Shown here: positions 49,601-57,534 of the stretch, piece after piece
Layout: every line of letters begins with the position of its first letter
Position numbering within the stretch: the first letter of the stretch is position 1
Assembly: GCA_033853925.1 (NCBI GenBank)
Contig: JAWOLC010000001.1
Span: forward strand, 4,658-68,657
Length of the DNA: 64,000 bases
Source of the DNA: Candidatus Eiseniibacteriota bacterium
GTDB lineage: Bacteria > Eisenbacteria > RBG-16-71-46
Direction: 5' to 3'
Position numbers and translations under genes: made by a program
The notes under the pieces: generated by a model
The model's database searches: none
Told to the model about the DNA's origin: nothing
The model's input: the letters and a program-made list of their open reading frames with translations, nothing else

Positions 49601-49727
49601 GGTGTTCACCCTGTTCTTCGTGCCGGCGATCTACACGCTCGTGGCCCGGGTGCACAAGCCGGTGGAGATCCCCGAGGCCGTTCCCGCTCCCGGCACGGAG
49701 CTGCAGCCCCGGCCGGCGGCGGCCTGA
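46641..49727 (+). CDS. RND family efflux transporter permease (AcrB/MexB/CzcA superfamily)
   Basis: 1028 aa. MRLTDLFIRRPVLAIVVNLVILIAGL.. start and 12-TMS two-lobe architecture with large periplasmic loops. Confidence 0.9.
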   Translation: MRLTDLFIRRPVLAIVVNLVILIAGLQSIRSLSVRQYPRTDIAVVTVSTVYVGASADLVRGFITSPLERVIASADGIDYMESTSAEGLSTITVHLKINYDTNAALTQIQAKVAQVRNDLPPEAEAPIIEVQTPDTQRAAMYIGFASKDLGQNQITDYLTRVVQPRLSAVSGVERADILGARTFAMRIWLRPDRMAARGLAPSDVWNALAQNNYLSALGNTKGSMVSVNLTANTDLRTPEDFRQLVVKQANGQIVRLGDIADVELGAENYDEDVRFNGQDATFMGIWVLPTANTLEVIGKVREAMKDVQAELPVGMTATIPYDSTVYIRQAIHEVLKTLSETLLIVILIIFLFLGSVRGLIIPVVAIPISLIGAVFLMQISGFTINLLTLLAIVLSVGLVVDDAIVMVENVERHVHLGQPPLQAAIAAARELIGPIIAMTITLAAVYTPIGLQGGLTGALFREFAFTLAGAVLVSGFVAITLSPMMGSRLLRAGDDQRGFAGLINRRFENVRQWYMSALSSTLQYRPVVFALWGIVSLLMVPFYMFVQRELAPREDQGVVFAVVQAPANATLDQTKLFASQIYGIFHSIPETQNTFQATLPSGGFAGLVAKPWDERKLSTDKLQVQVSRAFAKIPGIRAIALVPPSLPGGGTYPVDMAIISTAEPEQLLAIANQLVQKAYASGKFMFVDTDLKFDQPQAEVVFDRDKVRSLGVDLSRAGLDLSTMLGGNYVNRFSIQGESYKVIPQVKRVDRLTADQLQSMYVSGANGTLVPLSTFATLKTSTQPRSLNRFQQLNAVRIQAVIPPNVSLDQALTFLETEARKIMPRGYSIDYAGESRQLRTESGKFLGMFLLSAILIGLVLAAQFESFRDPFVIMTGSAPLAISGALLFMFLGFTSLNIFSEVGLITLVGLVAKNGILIVQFANHLQETGLDKTRAVIEAAGTRLRPILMTTAATVFGHLPLIFARGPGAGARNSIGITLVSGMIIGSVFTLFFVPAIYTLVARVHKPVEIPEAVPAPGTELQPRPAAA

Positions 49728-50014
49728 GCCGCCGCCCGCCCAGGGCGGCCGGAGCCCCACGGCGACGGGTTCCACCTGCCCGTCGCCGTGGGACATGACC
49801 CGGCGGCCCGAGTCGCGCGGGGCTCGCGTCCCGCTTCCCCGATCCTCACACCCCGGCCATCGAAACGGACAACCACCGGCACACGGACGACGTGAAGCCG
49901 TCGAGGCCGCCTGCCCCCGCGTGGCGCCACCCGCCTACGCCGTGGCGCGGGCACGTGCTACCGTGTGCTCGGCGCCACCGGCGCCGCCTCTCGTCCGCCC
50001 AGGGAGAACTCGCG

Positions 50015-50497
50015 ATGACGGAGAAGATCGGATCGTTCGTTCGGGCCGCCAAGGACCTCGCCGACAAGGCTCAGGACAAGGTGGAGGAGGGCACGGGCGC
50101 GGTGCTCGACGCCGCGGGCCGGATCGGCGACGTCGGCCAGATCGGGGGCGAAGCCGCGAAGACCTTGACCGACGATCTCAACGAGGTGCTGCCCGCCATC
50201 AAGCGCGCCGGCTACCACGTCCAGGGCATCGACGTGGACGTGGCCTTGCCGCCCAAGATCGCCGTGCATTGCCACCTCGACAGCGAAGTGTCCGAGGCCG
50301 ACCGGACGGTGCTCCTCGAGTCGCTCGAGGGGCGCAAGATCGCGGCCCTGGCGATCCGCATGCTCTTCCAGGTCTCCGACCTGCAGAAGAACCTGGCTGT
50401 CGGCGCGCTGAAGCCCTCCGATGTCATCCTCGAGCTGGGTGTGAGCCCGGCGGTGAGGGTGCGCTACCGCGAGAGGGACACGGGCGTCACCACCTGA
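50015..50497 (+). CDS. Hypothetical protein (160 aa, no recognised family)
   Basis: ATG at 50015 follows the RBS AGGGAGAA. The product is acidic and soluble with no signal peptide. Confidence 0.4.
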   Translation: MTEKIGSFVRAAKDLADKAQDKVEEGTGAVLDAAGRIGDVGQIGGEAAKTLTDDLNEVLPAIKRAGYHVQGIDVDVALPPKIAVHCHLDSEVSEADRTVLLESLEGRKIAALAIRMLFQVSDLQKNLAVGALKPSDVILELGVSPAVRVRYRERDTGVTT

Positions 50498-50507
50498 GGA
50501 GCCGCGC

Positions 50508-51758
50508 TTGATCCCTCCCACGGGCCGCACTCCGCCGCCAGGCTTCGTCGTATTCGCCGCCGCGTCCCCGATCCACGACGAGGCCGTCCTCCGCGAGCTG
50601 ATCGAGTCCTATCTCTCGCCCCTGCGGGCTCTGGGCGGCCGCGCTTGGGATCCCGCCAGCGGTCCCGCCCCGGCGCCGCCGGTCGTCTTCGTCGCCACCG
50701 GCGGAACCGAGCGCCCGATCCTCGAGTCCCTGGCACGCGACCCTCGGGCGGCGGCCGTCCTGGTGGCGCACCCCGGGCACAACTCCCTGCCCGCCGCACT
50801 CGAGGTGCTCGCGCGCCTGCGCCAGCTCGGCGCCCGGGGCACGATCCACTACCTGCGCGGCCCTGGCGACGCCGACGGATGGAGAGAGCTGGCCGAGGCG
50901 ATCCATGGCCGCCAGGTGCGCGAGGCGCTGCGCGAGAGTCGCATCGGGCTCGTGGGGGAGCCTGCGGATTGGCTCGTGGCGAGCCGTCCGGCGCTCGAGC
51001 TGGTGCGCAGCGTGTGGGGCCCCACGGTCGTACCGCTGCCGCTCGAGCCCCTGCTCGGGGTGGGCGACGGAGACGCGGAGGGCGAGCGGGTCGCGCGCGA
51101 TTTCCAGACCGGCGCGACGCCCCCGGTCGAAGCCTCCGCGGACGCTCTCCTGGCCGCAGGCGGCGTCCACGCCCGGCTCTGCCGCCTGGTCCAGGCCGAG
51201 CGGCTCGACGCCGTGGCCGTGCGTTGCTTCGATCTCGTCGTCCGCCGGCGGACCACCGGCTGCCTGGCGCTCGCGCGTCTGAACGAGGATGGCATCGTCG
51301 CCGGCTGCGAGGGCGATCTGGTCGCCACGGTCGCCATGCTCTGGCTCCGCCTCGCGACGGGCGCGATCCCCTGGATGGCGAATCCCTCGCGCGTGGATCC
51401 CGAGCGCGGCCTGCTGAGCCTCGCGCACTGCACCGTGGCCCGCGGGCTCACCACCTCGTACCGTCTGCGCACGCACTTCGAATCGGGCCAGGGCGTCGGG
51501 ATCCAGGGCACGCTGCCCACGGGTCCGGTCACCCTCGTGCGCATCGGTGGCGCGCGCCTGGAGCGGCTTCTGGCCATCGACGGCCAGCTGGTGCGCAACA
51601 CGGACCATGCGGACCTCTGCCGCACCCAGGTCGAGGTGGAGATCGGGGGAGAGGCGCTGCGGAGCCTGCTCACCGATCCTCTCGGCAACCACCTGGTCCT
51701 CACCCCAGGGCACGCGGCCGCCGCTCTGCGCCGCTGGCACGAGGCGATGATCGGCTGA
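50508..51758 (+). CDS. Putative sugar isomerase of the L-fucose/L-arabinose isomerase-like family (COG2407-like). This is a low-confidence assignment.
   Basis: 416 aa. The assignment rests on an overall impression of the C-terminal region (RCFDLVV...CEGDLVATVAMLWL...PWMANP...SLAHCTV). It is coupled to the downstream HAD hydrolase by a TGATG overlap. Confidence 0.3.
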   Translation: MIPPTGRTPPPGFVVFAAASPIHDEAVLRELIESYLSPLRALGGRAWDPASGPAPAPPVVFVATGGTERPILESLARDPRAAAVLVAHPGHNSLPAALEVLARLRQLGARGTIHYLRGPGDADGWRELAEAIHGRQVREALRESRIGLVGEPADWLVASRPALELVRSVWGPTVVPLPLEPLLGVGDGDAEGERVARDFQTGATPPVEASADALLAAGGVHARLCRLVQAERLDAVAVRCFDLVVRRRTTGCLALARLNEDGIVAGCEGDLVATVAMLWLRLATGAIPWMANPSRVDPERGLLSLAHCTVARGLTTSYRLRTHFESGQGVGIQGTLPTGPVTLVRIGGARLERLLAIDGQLVRNTDHADLCRTQVEVEIGGEALRSLLTDPLGNHLVLTPGHAAAALRRWHEAMIG

Positions 51759-52654
51759 TGCGGGGCTCCCCCCGGTCGAGCGCGGCCGATCCCCGCCGCG
51801 TGTCCCTCGTCGTCCTCGACTTCGACGGCACGCTGACCGACGCGGACGCGCACGCGCCCGCGTTCTACGAGGCCTCGCGTCAGGAGCTGGCGAGCCGGCT
51901 GGGCTGGGACGCGGCACGGCTGGGGCCGGAGTGGGAGCGGGCGCGGCGGGCCGTGGAGGCGCTGCCTTCCCGGGCGGCCTGGGTCGTCCAAGGCTACGAC
52001 GTCTGTCCCGCCGTCGCGGATCCCTACATGATCGCGAACAGCGTGTGCAAGCACCTCTTCGCGGAGCAGCGAGCGGTGGAGGACGGCGCGCTGGTGGCGA
52101 GCGTGCTCGAGGTCCACCACGCCGCCTACGCGCGGGTGCCGCCGCCCTTTCGCCCCGAGGCCGCCCGGTCGCTCGAGGAGCTGGTGGCGAGCGGCCGTGC
52201 CGTGCGCGTGGTGACGAACTCGGACGGCGCCATCGTGACGCGGCTCCTCGACGTGCTGGCGTTCCCCGGGCGGGAGCGAGTCGTCGTGCACGGCAACGCC
52301 GACAAGTTCGCGGTCGGCGGCACGCGCTCGCCGGACGCGCGGTTCGCGGCGCTTCCTCCGACGGCCGCGTGGCCGGAGGTCGGCCGCCCGGTGCACCTGC
52401 GGCGGGGCAGGTACTTCGACGCGCTGAGCGCCATGTGGCGCGAGACCGGTGCGGACCCGCAGACGACGCTCGTCGCGGGCGACATCTTCGAGCTGGATCT
52501 GGCCATGCCGGCGGCGCTCGGAGCCCGCGTGCACCTCGTGACCCGCGCGGGCACGGTGAAGCACGAGCTGGAGCTGGTTCGGCGCCTGGCCCGGGGAGGC
52601 ATGGGCGCGTCGCTGCTGGACGTCGTGGCCAGGCTCCAGGCCTGCCCGCGCTGA
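51758..52654 (+). CDS. HAD-superfamily hydrolase (phosphatase-like)
   Basis: Motif I VVLDFDGTLTD. Later in the sequence come VVTNSD and the end motif GDIFELDL. ATG at 51758 overlaps the upstream stop. Confidence 0.65.
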   Translation: MRGSPRSSAADPRRVSLVVLDFDGTLTDADAHAPAFYEASRQELASRLGWDAARLGPEWERARRAVEALPSRAAWVVQGYDVCPAVADPYMIANSVCKHLFAEQRAVEDGALVASVLEVHHAAYARVPPPFRPEAARSLEELVASGRAVRVVTNSDGAIVTRLLDVLAFPGRERVVVHGNADKFAVGGTRSPDARFAALPPTAAWPEVGRPVHLRRGRYFDALSAMWRETGADPQTTLVAGDIFELDLAMPAALGARVHLVTRAGTVKHELELVRRLARGGMGASLLDVVARLQACPR

Positions 52655-53147
52655 GCCGGGCGGAGGGCGTCGCGCCCCGGCCGCGAGGCGGAACGAGGGG
52701 CGCGGCCTCGGCGCCGGGGCCCTTCATTCCAGTTCTTCGCGCCGCCGAGGTCGGCGCCTGAGAAGACGCTCGCTCAGCCGGACGGTACCTCGGCGCATGC
52801 GGTCGTAGTCCCACGCCCACGCTGACGTAGAAGCCGCTGTAGTCCAGCCAGACCGTCCGGCCCGTCACCTTTCACGGTGTTCGTGCCGTCCGAGATGGTC
52901 AGGTCGCTGGACATGCGGCCCATGTCCCGGTACTGGAACCCCGCCCGGATGAACCCCGCAATGCCGGCGGAGTTGGCCTGATCCAAGCCGAGGCAGCCGC
53001 CGTAGGTCGTCTTGGTGCGGTGGGCCTTACTCCCGCTTGGACCGCGGCACCCGGCCCCCCCGCCCGGCCGACCGGGCACCGCGGCCCTCGGGGGCGGCTT
53101 TTTCGGGTTTCGCCGGGCCCCGTTTCCACGTATCTTGCCCGGCAACC

Positions 53148-54374
53148 ATGCTCAACTGGATTTGGGCCGCCTTCTTCCTGATCGCCTTCGTCTTCGCGGT
53201 CGTGCAGGCCGCGCTCGGCCACCCCGACGTGCTGCGCAGCGTGGTGGCCTCGCTCTTCGACTCGGCCAAGACGGGCTTCGAGATCGCCCTGGGCCTGACC
53301 GGGGTGATGAGCCTCTGGCTCGGCCTCATGCGCGTGGGCCAGCGCGGAGGAGTGGTCGAGGGCATCGCTCGCGTCTTCCGCCCCCTCTTCCGGCGCTTGT
53401 TCCCCGGCATCCCCGATGGGCACCCGGCGGGCGGCGCCATCGTCATGAACCTCTCGGCCAACATGCTGGGCCTCGACAACGCCGCGACGCCGCTCGGTCT
53501 CGCGGCCATGCGCGAGCTGCAGACCCTGAATCCCGAGCCGGAGCGGGCCACGAACGAGATGATCCTGTTCATGGTCATCAACGCCTCCTCGGTGACGCTC
53601 CTTCCGGTCACGATCTTCACCTTCCGCGCGCAGCTCGGGGCGCACGATCCGACCGACGTCTTCGTGCCGATCCTGATCGCCACCTACTGCAGCGACATGG
53701 GCGGCTTCCTGCTGACCGCGGCCGTGCAGCGCATCCCCATCTGGAACCGGGTGGTGCTCGGCTGGCTCGTGCTCCTCACCGCGCTCGTCGTGGGCCTGGT
53801 GGCGTACTTCGCCCACCTCCCGGCCGCGGCCGTCGGCCCGCAGTCCGCCCTGCTGGCCAACGGCCTGCTGCTCGGCGTGATCGTGTTGTTCCTCGCGGCC
53901 GGGGCGCGCAAGCGTGTGCGCCTCTACGAGACGTTCATCGAGGGGGCCAAGGAGGGCTTCCAGGTGGCGGTCGGCATCGTGCCCTACCTGGTCGCGATCC
54001 TGGTCGCGGTCGGCGTCCTGCGCGCGAGCGGCGCGCTCGAGGCCCTGCTGGGCGCGATCCGCGCCGGCGTGGCTTCTCTCTCGCTGGACTCGCGCTGGGT
54101 GGACGCCCTGCCCGTGGCCCTCATCAAGCCGTTCTCCGGCAGCGGCGCCCGCGGCATGATGGTCGAGACGATGAAGGCCCTCGGCCCGGATTCCTTCCCC
54201 GGCCGCCTGGCCTGCGTGATCCAGGGCAGCACGGAAACCACCTTCTACGTGCTGGCGGTCTACTTCGGCGCGATCGGCGTCAAGAACACGCGCCACGCCC
54301 TGGCCTGCGCCCTGTTCGCCGAGCTGTGCGGAGTGGTGGCCGCGATCCTGGTCAGCTACCTGTTCTTCGGCTGA
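53148..54374 (+). CDS. Nucleoside-recognition (Gate) domain membrane protein, SpmA/SpmB-like fusion
   Basis: 408-aa polytopic membrane protein with two Gate-domain-like halves (..GGAIVMNLSANMLGLDNAATPLGLAAM.. and ..GARGMMVETMKALGPDS..). Confidence 0.65.
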   Translation: MLNWIWAAFFLIAFVFAVVQAALGHPDVLRSVVASLFDSAKTGFEIALGLTGVMSLWLGLMRVGQRGGVVEGIARVFRPLFRRLFPGIPDGHPAGGAIVMNLSANMLGLDNAATPLGLAAMRELQTLNPEPERATNEMILFMVINASSVTLLPVTIFTFRAQLGAHDPTDVFVPILIATYCSDMGGFLLTAAVQRIPIWNRVVLGWLVLLTALVVGLVAYFAHLPAAAVGPQSALLANGLLLGVIVLFLAAGARKRVRLYETFIEGAKEGFQVAVGIVPYLVAILVAVGVLRASGALEALLGAIRAGVASLSLDSRWVDALPVALIKPFSGSGARGMMVETMKALGPDSFPGRLACVIQGSTETTFYVLAVYFGAIGVKNTRHALACALFAELCGVVAAILVSYLFFG

Positions 54375-54883
54375 AGCGGATCGCGGGAGCCCGCGCCCTG
54401 GCGGAGCGCGCCGGCAATCCCCACCCAGGTAGAACCGCCTCACCGCCGTCGCGAACACCGCGGCACTCGCCGTGCGCCCGGCCGCTCGAGCCCAATCGAG
54501 AGCGAGCCCGAGCGCGAACCGCCAGCGCGGCGCGCGCCTGGGGGACGAAGGCCGCGGTGAGGTAGAGGGGGATCGCCCCGCGGGCTCCACAAGGCGCGGT
54601 CAAGCAGGCTTCTCGGCTCGCCGGTCAGACCCGCTCCCGCCAGGGCGACCGCGCATCCATATCCGCTACGCCGGCAGGCCGGGGCCGAGCCGGCGCGAGA
54701 TTGCCCGCGCCTGACACGCGGGCCGGACAAGACCAGAAAGAAGGTGTCCACCTCGCTCACTCCCGAGCCGAAGGAGAAGGAGGCGCGCCTGTGCGCCCGG
54801 ATGGCGGCGCAGCGCTAGTGCTACTCTCGGCTCCCGAGTCGTCACGGCCGCTCTGTCGCACCCGCTCCCCACGAGGCCCCTCG

Positions 54884-55396
54884 ATGAACGTTCCCGTGAA
54901 TTCCGCCTCCGCCATCTCCGCGTCCTTCCTCGCGGAGCTCGATGTCGAGATGCCCACGACCCGCCGACTGCTGGAGCGTGTGCCCAGCGACAAGGCGGCG
55001 TGGAAGCCGCACGTGAAGTCCTTTCCCCTCGGACACCTGGCTCAGCTCGTGGCCCGCATGCCCGGCTGGCTGGCCCCCATCATGCGCGAGGGCGCGCTCG
55101 ACCTGGGCCGCGCACCCGCGTACAGCCTCGAGAAGACCGAGACGCTGCTCGCCGAGTTCGACCGCAACGTGAACGACGGCAGGGCGGCCCTGGCCGCAGC
55201 CAGGGATGAAGACTTCAGCGTGCCCTGGTCGCTCAAGACCGGCGACCGCGTGCTCTTCACGCTGCCTCGCGTCGCCGTGGTGCGCTCGACGATCAACCAT
55301 CTCGTTCACCACCGCGGACAGCTCAGCGTCTACCTGCGTCTCGTCGACGTGCCGCTGCCTTCCATCTACGGACCGACGGCCGACGAGAAGTGGTAG
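54884..55396 (+). CDS. DinB/YfiT-family (DinB_2) protein
   Basis: FLAELDVEMPTTRRLLERVPSDKAAWKPHVKSFPLGHLAQLVA and the C-terminal INHLVHHRGQLSVYLR are typical of the DinB_2 four-helix bundle. An alternative start GTG at 54791 has a strong upstream RBS AAGGAGAAGGAGG. Confidence 0.65.
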   Translation: MNVPVNSASAISASFLAELDVEMPTTRRLLERVPSDKAAWKPHVKSFPLGHLAQLVARMPGWLAPIMREGALDLGRAPAYSLEKTETLLAEFDRNVNDGRAALAAARDEDFSVPWSLKTGDRVLFTLPRVAVVRSTINHLVHHRGQLSVYLRLVDVPLPSIYGPTADEKW

Positions 55397-55521
55397 GCGG
55401 GCCGCGGGCCGCCCGCGGCCGGATGCTTCGCCGCATCGCCGGGGCCCCAGCCGATGGCCTGGGCCGCGGGGCAGGCGTCCCCGCGTTCATTCCTACGAAA
55501 GCACCGGGGATGGGGCGCTAG

Positions 55522-57099
55522 GTGGCCGTCCCCCTCCGGCCACCCTGCGATGCCGCGCTCGTGCGCGCCGGCGCATGTGCCGCGCCCGCCCCCGAGAGCG
55601 CGCGCCGCTGGGTGCTGGCCACGACCATCCTCGGCTCCAGCATGATCTTCCTCGACGGAACGATCGTGAACGTGGCCCTGCCGGTCCTGCAGCGGCAGTT
55701 CGACGCCACGCTGGCCGCCGTGCAGTGGGTCGTCGAGGCCTACGCCCTCTGCCTCGCCGCGTTCATGCTCGTGGGCGGGGCGCTGGGCGACCGCATCGGC
55801 CGCCGCCGGGCCTTCGCCCTGGGCGGCGTGATCTTCGCCGTCGCCTCGGCGCTGTGCGGCGCTGCGCAGGATCTCGGCCAGCTCGTCGCCGCCCGCATCG
55901 CGCAGGGGGTCGGCGGGGCCCTGCTCGCGCCGAACAGCCTCGCCATCATCAGCAGCTCCTTCGCCGACGAGTCGCGGGGCCGGGCGATCGGCACCTGGTC
56001 GGGCTCGACCGCCATCCTCGCCGGACTGGGACCGGTCGCAGGCGGCTGGCTGATCGATCACGCCTCCTGGCGCTTCGCCTTCTGGCTCAACCTGCCCCTG
56101 GCCTTGATCACGCTCGCGATCCTCTTCGCTCGCGTCCCGGAGAGCCGCGATGCCGAAGCGCGCGGAGCGGTGGACTGGGGCGGCGCGTCCCTGGCGACGC
56201 TGGGTCTGGGCGGAATCGTCTACGGCCTGCTCGAGTGGGGATCCGACTCGGCGAGCCGGCGCGCCCAGGGGCTGGCGATCGCTGGCGGAGTCGCTCTGCT
56301 GGCCGCGTTCCTTGCGGTCGAGCGGCGGGGGCGCTCGCCCATGATGCCCCTTCAGCTCTTCGGCTCCCGCCGCTTCGGCGGAGCGAACCTCCTCACCCTG
56401 CTCCTCTACGCGGCGCTCGGCGGCGCGCTCTTCTTCCTGCCCTTCGAGCTGATCCAGGTGGATCACGAGTCCCCCACGGCCGCGGGGGCGGCGCTGGCTC
56501 CGTTCATCATCATCATGTCGGCGCTCTCCCGGTGGTCGGGCGGCCTGGTCGCCCGTCACGGGCCCAGGGCCCCGCTGGTCGTGGGCCCGCTCGTCGCGGC
56601 CGCCGGCTTCCTCCTGCTGGCGTCGGCGGCCCCGGGCCGAAGCTACTGGCTCGGCGTCTTCCCCGGTGTCGCGACCCTGGGCCTGGGGATGGCCGTGAGC
56701 GTCGCGCCGCTCACGACCACCGTGATGAGCGCGGTCCCCCAGCGCCTCGCCGGCACGGCCTCGGGAGTCAACAACACGGCGGCCCGGGTGGCCGGTCTGC
56801 TGGCGATCGCGATTCTCGGTCTCGTGCTCCTCTCGGCGTTCCGCCGCGCTCTCGACCATCGCATCGCCGCGATTCCCCTGGACGCTTCCGTCCGCCTGGC
56901 ACTGGACCGAGGCAGCGCGAAGCTCGCGGCTCTGCCGCTCCCGCCCGGGCCGTCGGCGGAAACGCGCGCCGCCGTCGAGCGGGCGATCGGCGACGCCTTC
57001 GTGGCGGGGTATCGGTTCGTGATGGTCATTGCGGCCGGCCTCGCTCTCGCGGGCGCGGTCGTCTCGTGGCGGATGATCGGCGGCGAAGAGGGCCCATAG
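55522..57099 (+). CDS. MFS transporter, DHA2 (14-TMS drug:H+ antiporter) family
   Basis: SSMIFLDGTIVNVALPVLQ, LCLAAFMLVGGALGDRIGRRRAF (motif A) and about 14 hydrophobic segments. Confidence 0.8.
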   Translation: MAVPLRPPCDAALVRAGACAAPAPESARRWVLATTILGSSMIFLDGTIVNVALPVLQRQFDATLAAVQWVVEAYALCLAAFMLVGGALGDRIGRRRAFALGGVIFAVASALCGAAQDLGQLVAARIAQGVGGALLAPNSLAIISSSFADESRGRAIGTWSGSTAILAGLGPVAGGWLIDHASWRFAFWLNLPLALITLAILFARVPESRDAEARGAVDWGGASLATLGLGGIVYGLLEWGSDSASRRAQGLAIAGGVALLAAFLAVERRGRSPMMPLQLFGSRRFGGANLLTLLLYAALGGALFFLPFELIQVDHESPTAAGAALAPFIIIMSALSRWSGGLVARHGPRAPLVVGPLVAAAGFLLLASAAPGRSYWLGVFPGVATLGLGMAVSVAPLTTTVMSAVPQRLAGTASGVNNTAARVAGLLAIAILGLVLLSAFRRALDHRIAAIPLDASVRLALDRGSAKLAALPLPPGPSAETRAAVERAIGDAFVAGYRFVMVIAAGLALAGAVVSWRMIGGEEGP

Positions 57100-57534
57100 C
57101 CCACGCTTCAGGACGTCACGGTCGCCGACGACCTCCGCCGGGGTGGCCGGCCCGCGTGGAGGCTTTTCCCCAGAGCCGCGGGCAAATGCCCCGCCCCGGA
57201 GGGCCAGCGGCCGCGCCTCCGGCAGATCGCGCCTTCGCGGCGTCCTGCCGGCAGGGGCCGGCGTCCCGCCGCGCGCGCTCCTCCTCGAGAGGAAGGGCCG
57301 GGAAATCGGGCGGTCCCGCCGAGGCCCGCTCGGCTCGGACGCCTCGGGCGGTCCTCTTGTCTCCTCCCCGGAGCGCGCCGAGGTGTCTCCCCGGGGGATC
57401 CCCCGCGATGGCAAGTGCCTTGCGTTGCCACGTCCTGCTGGGGGTGGGCGGCGGTCGCCGTGCCACTCGTTCCACGCATGGACGCCGGTCGCCCTGGGAA
57501 CGACTCCCGGCAGTCGAGCGACGGGAGAGAACGA

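Noticed and set aside
54375-54883. A 509-bp gap before the DinB-like gene, searched for a small gene or sigma-54 promoter
   Set aside because: Only short Arg-rich ORFs without RBS were found (54472..54714 +, 54352..54603 -). There is no convincing TGGCAC-N5-TTGC element. The strong AAGGAGAAGGAGG RBS at about 54770 more likely serves an alternative GTG start (54791) of the DinB-like gene.
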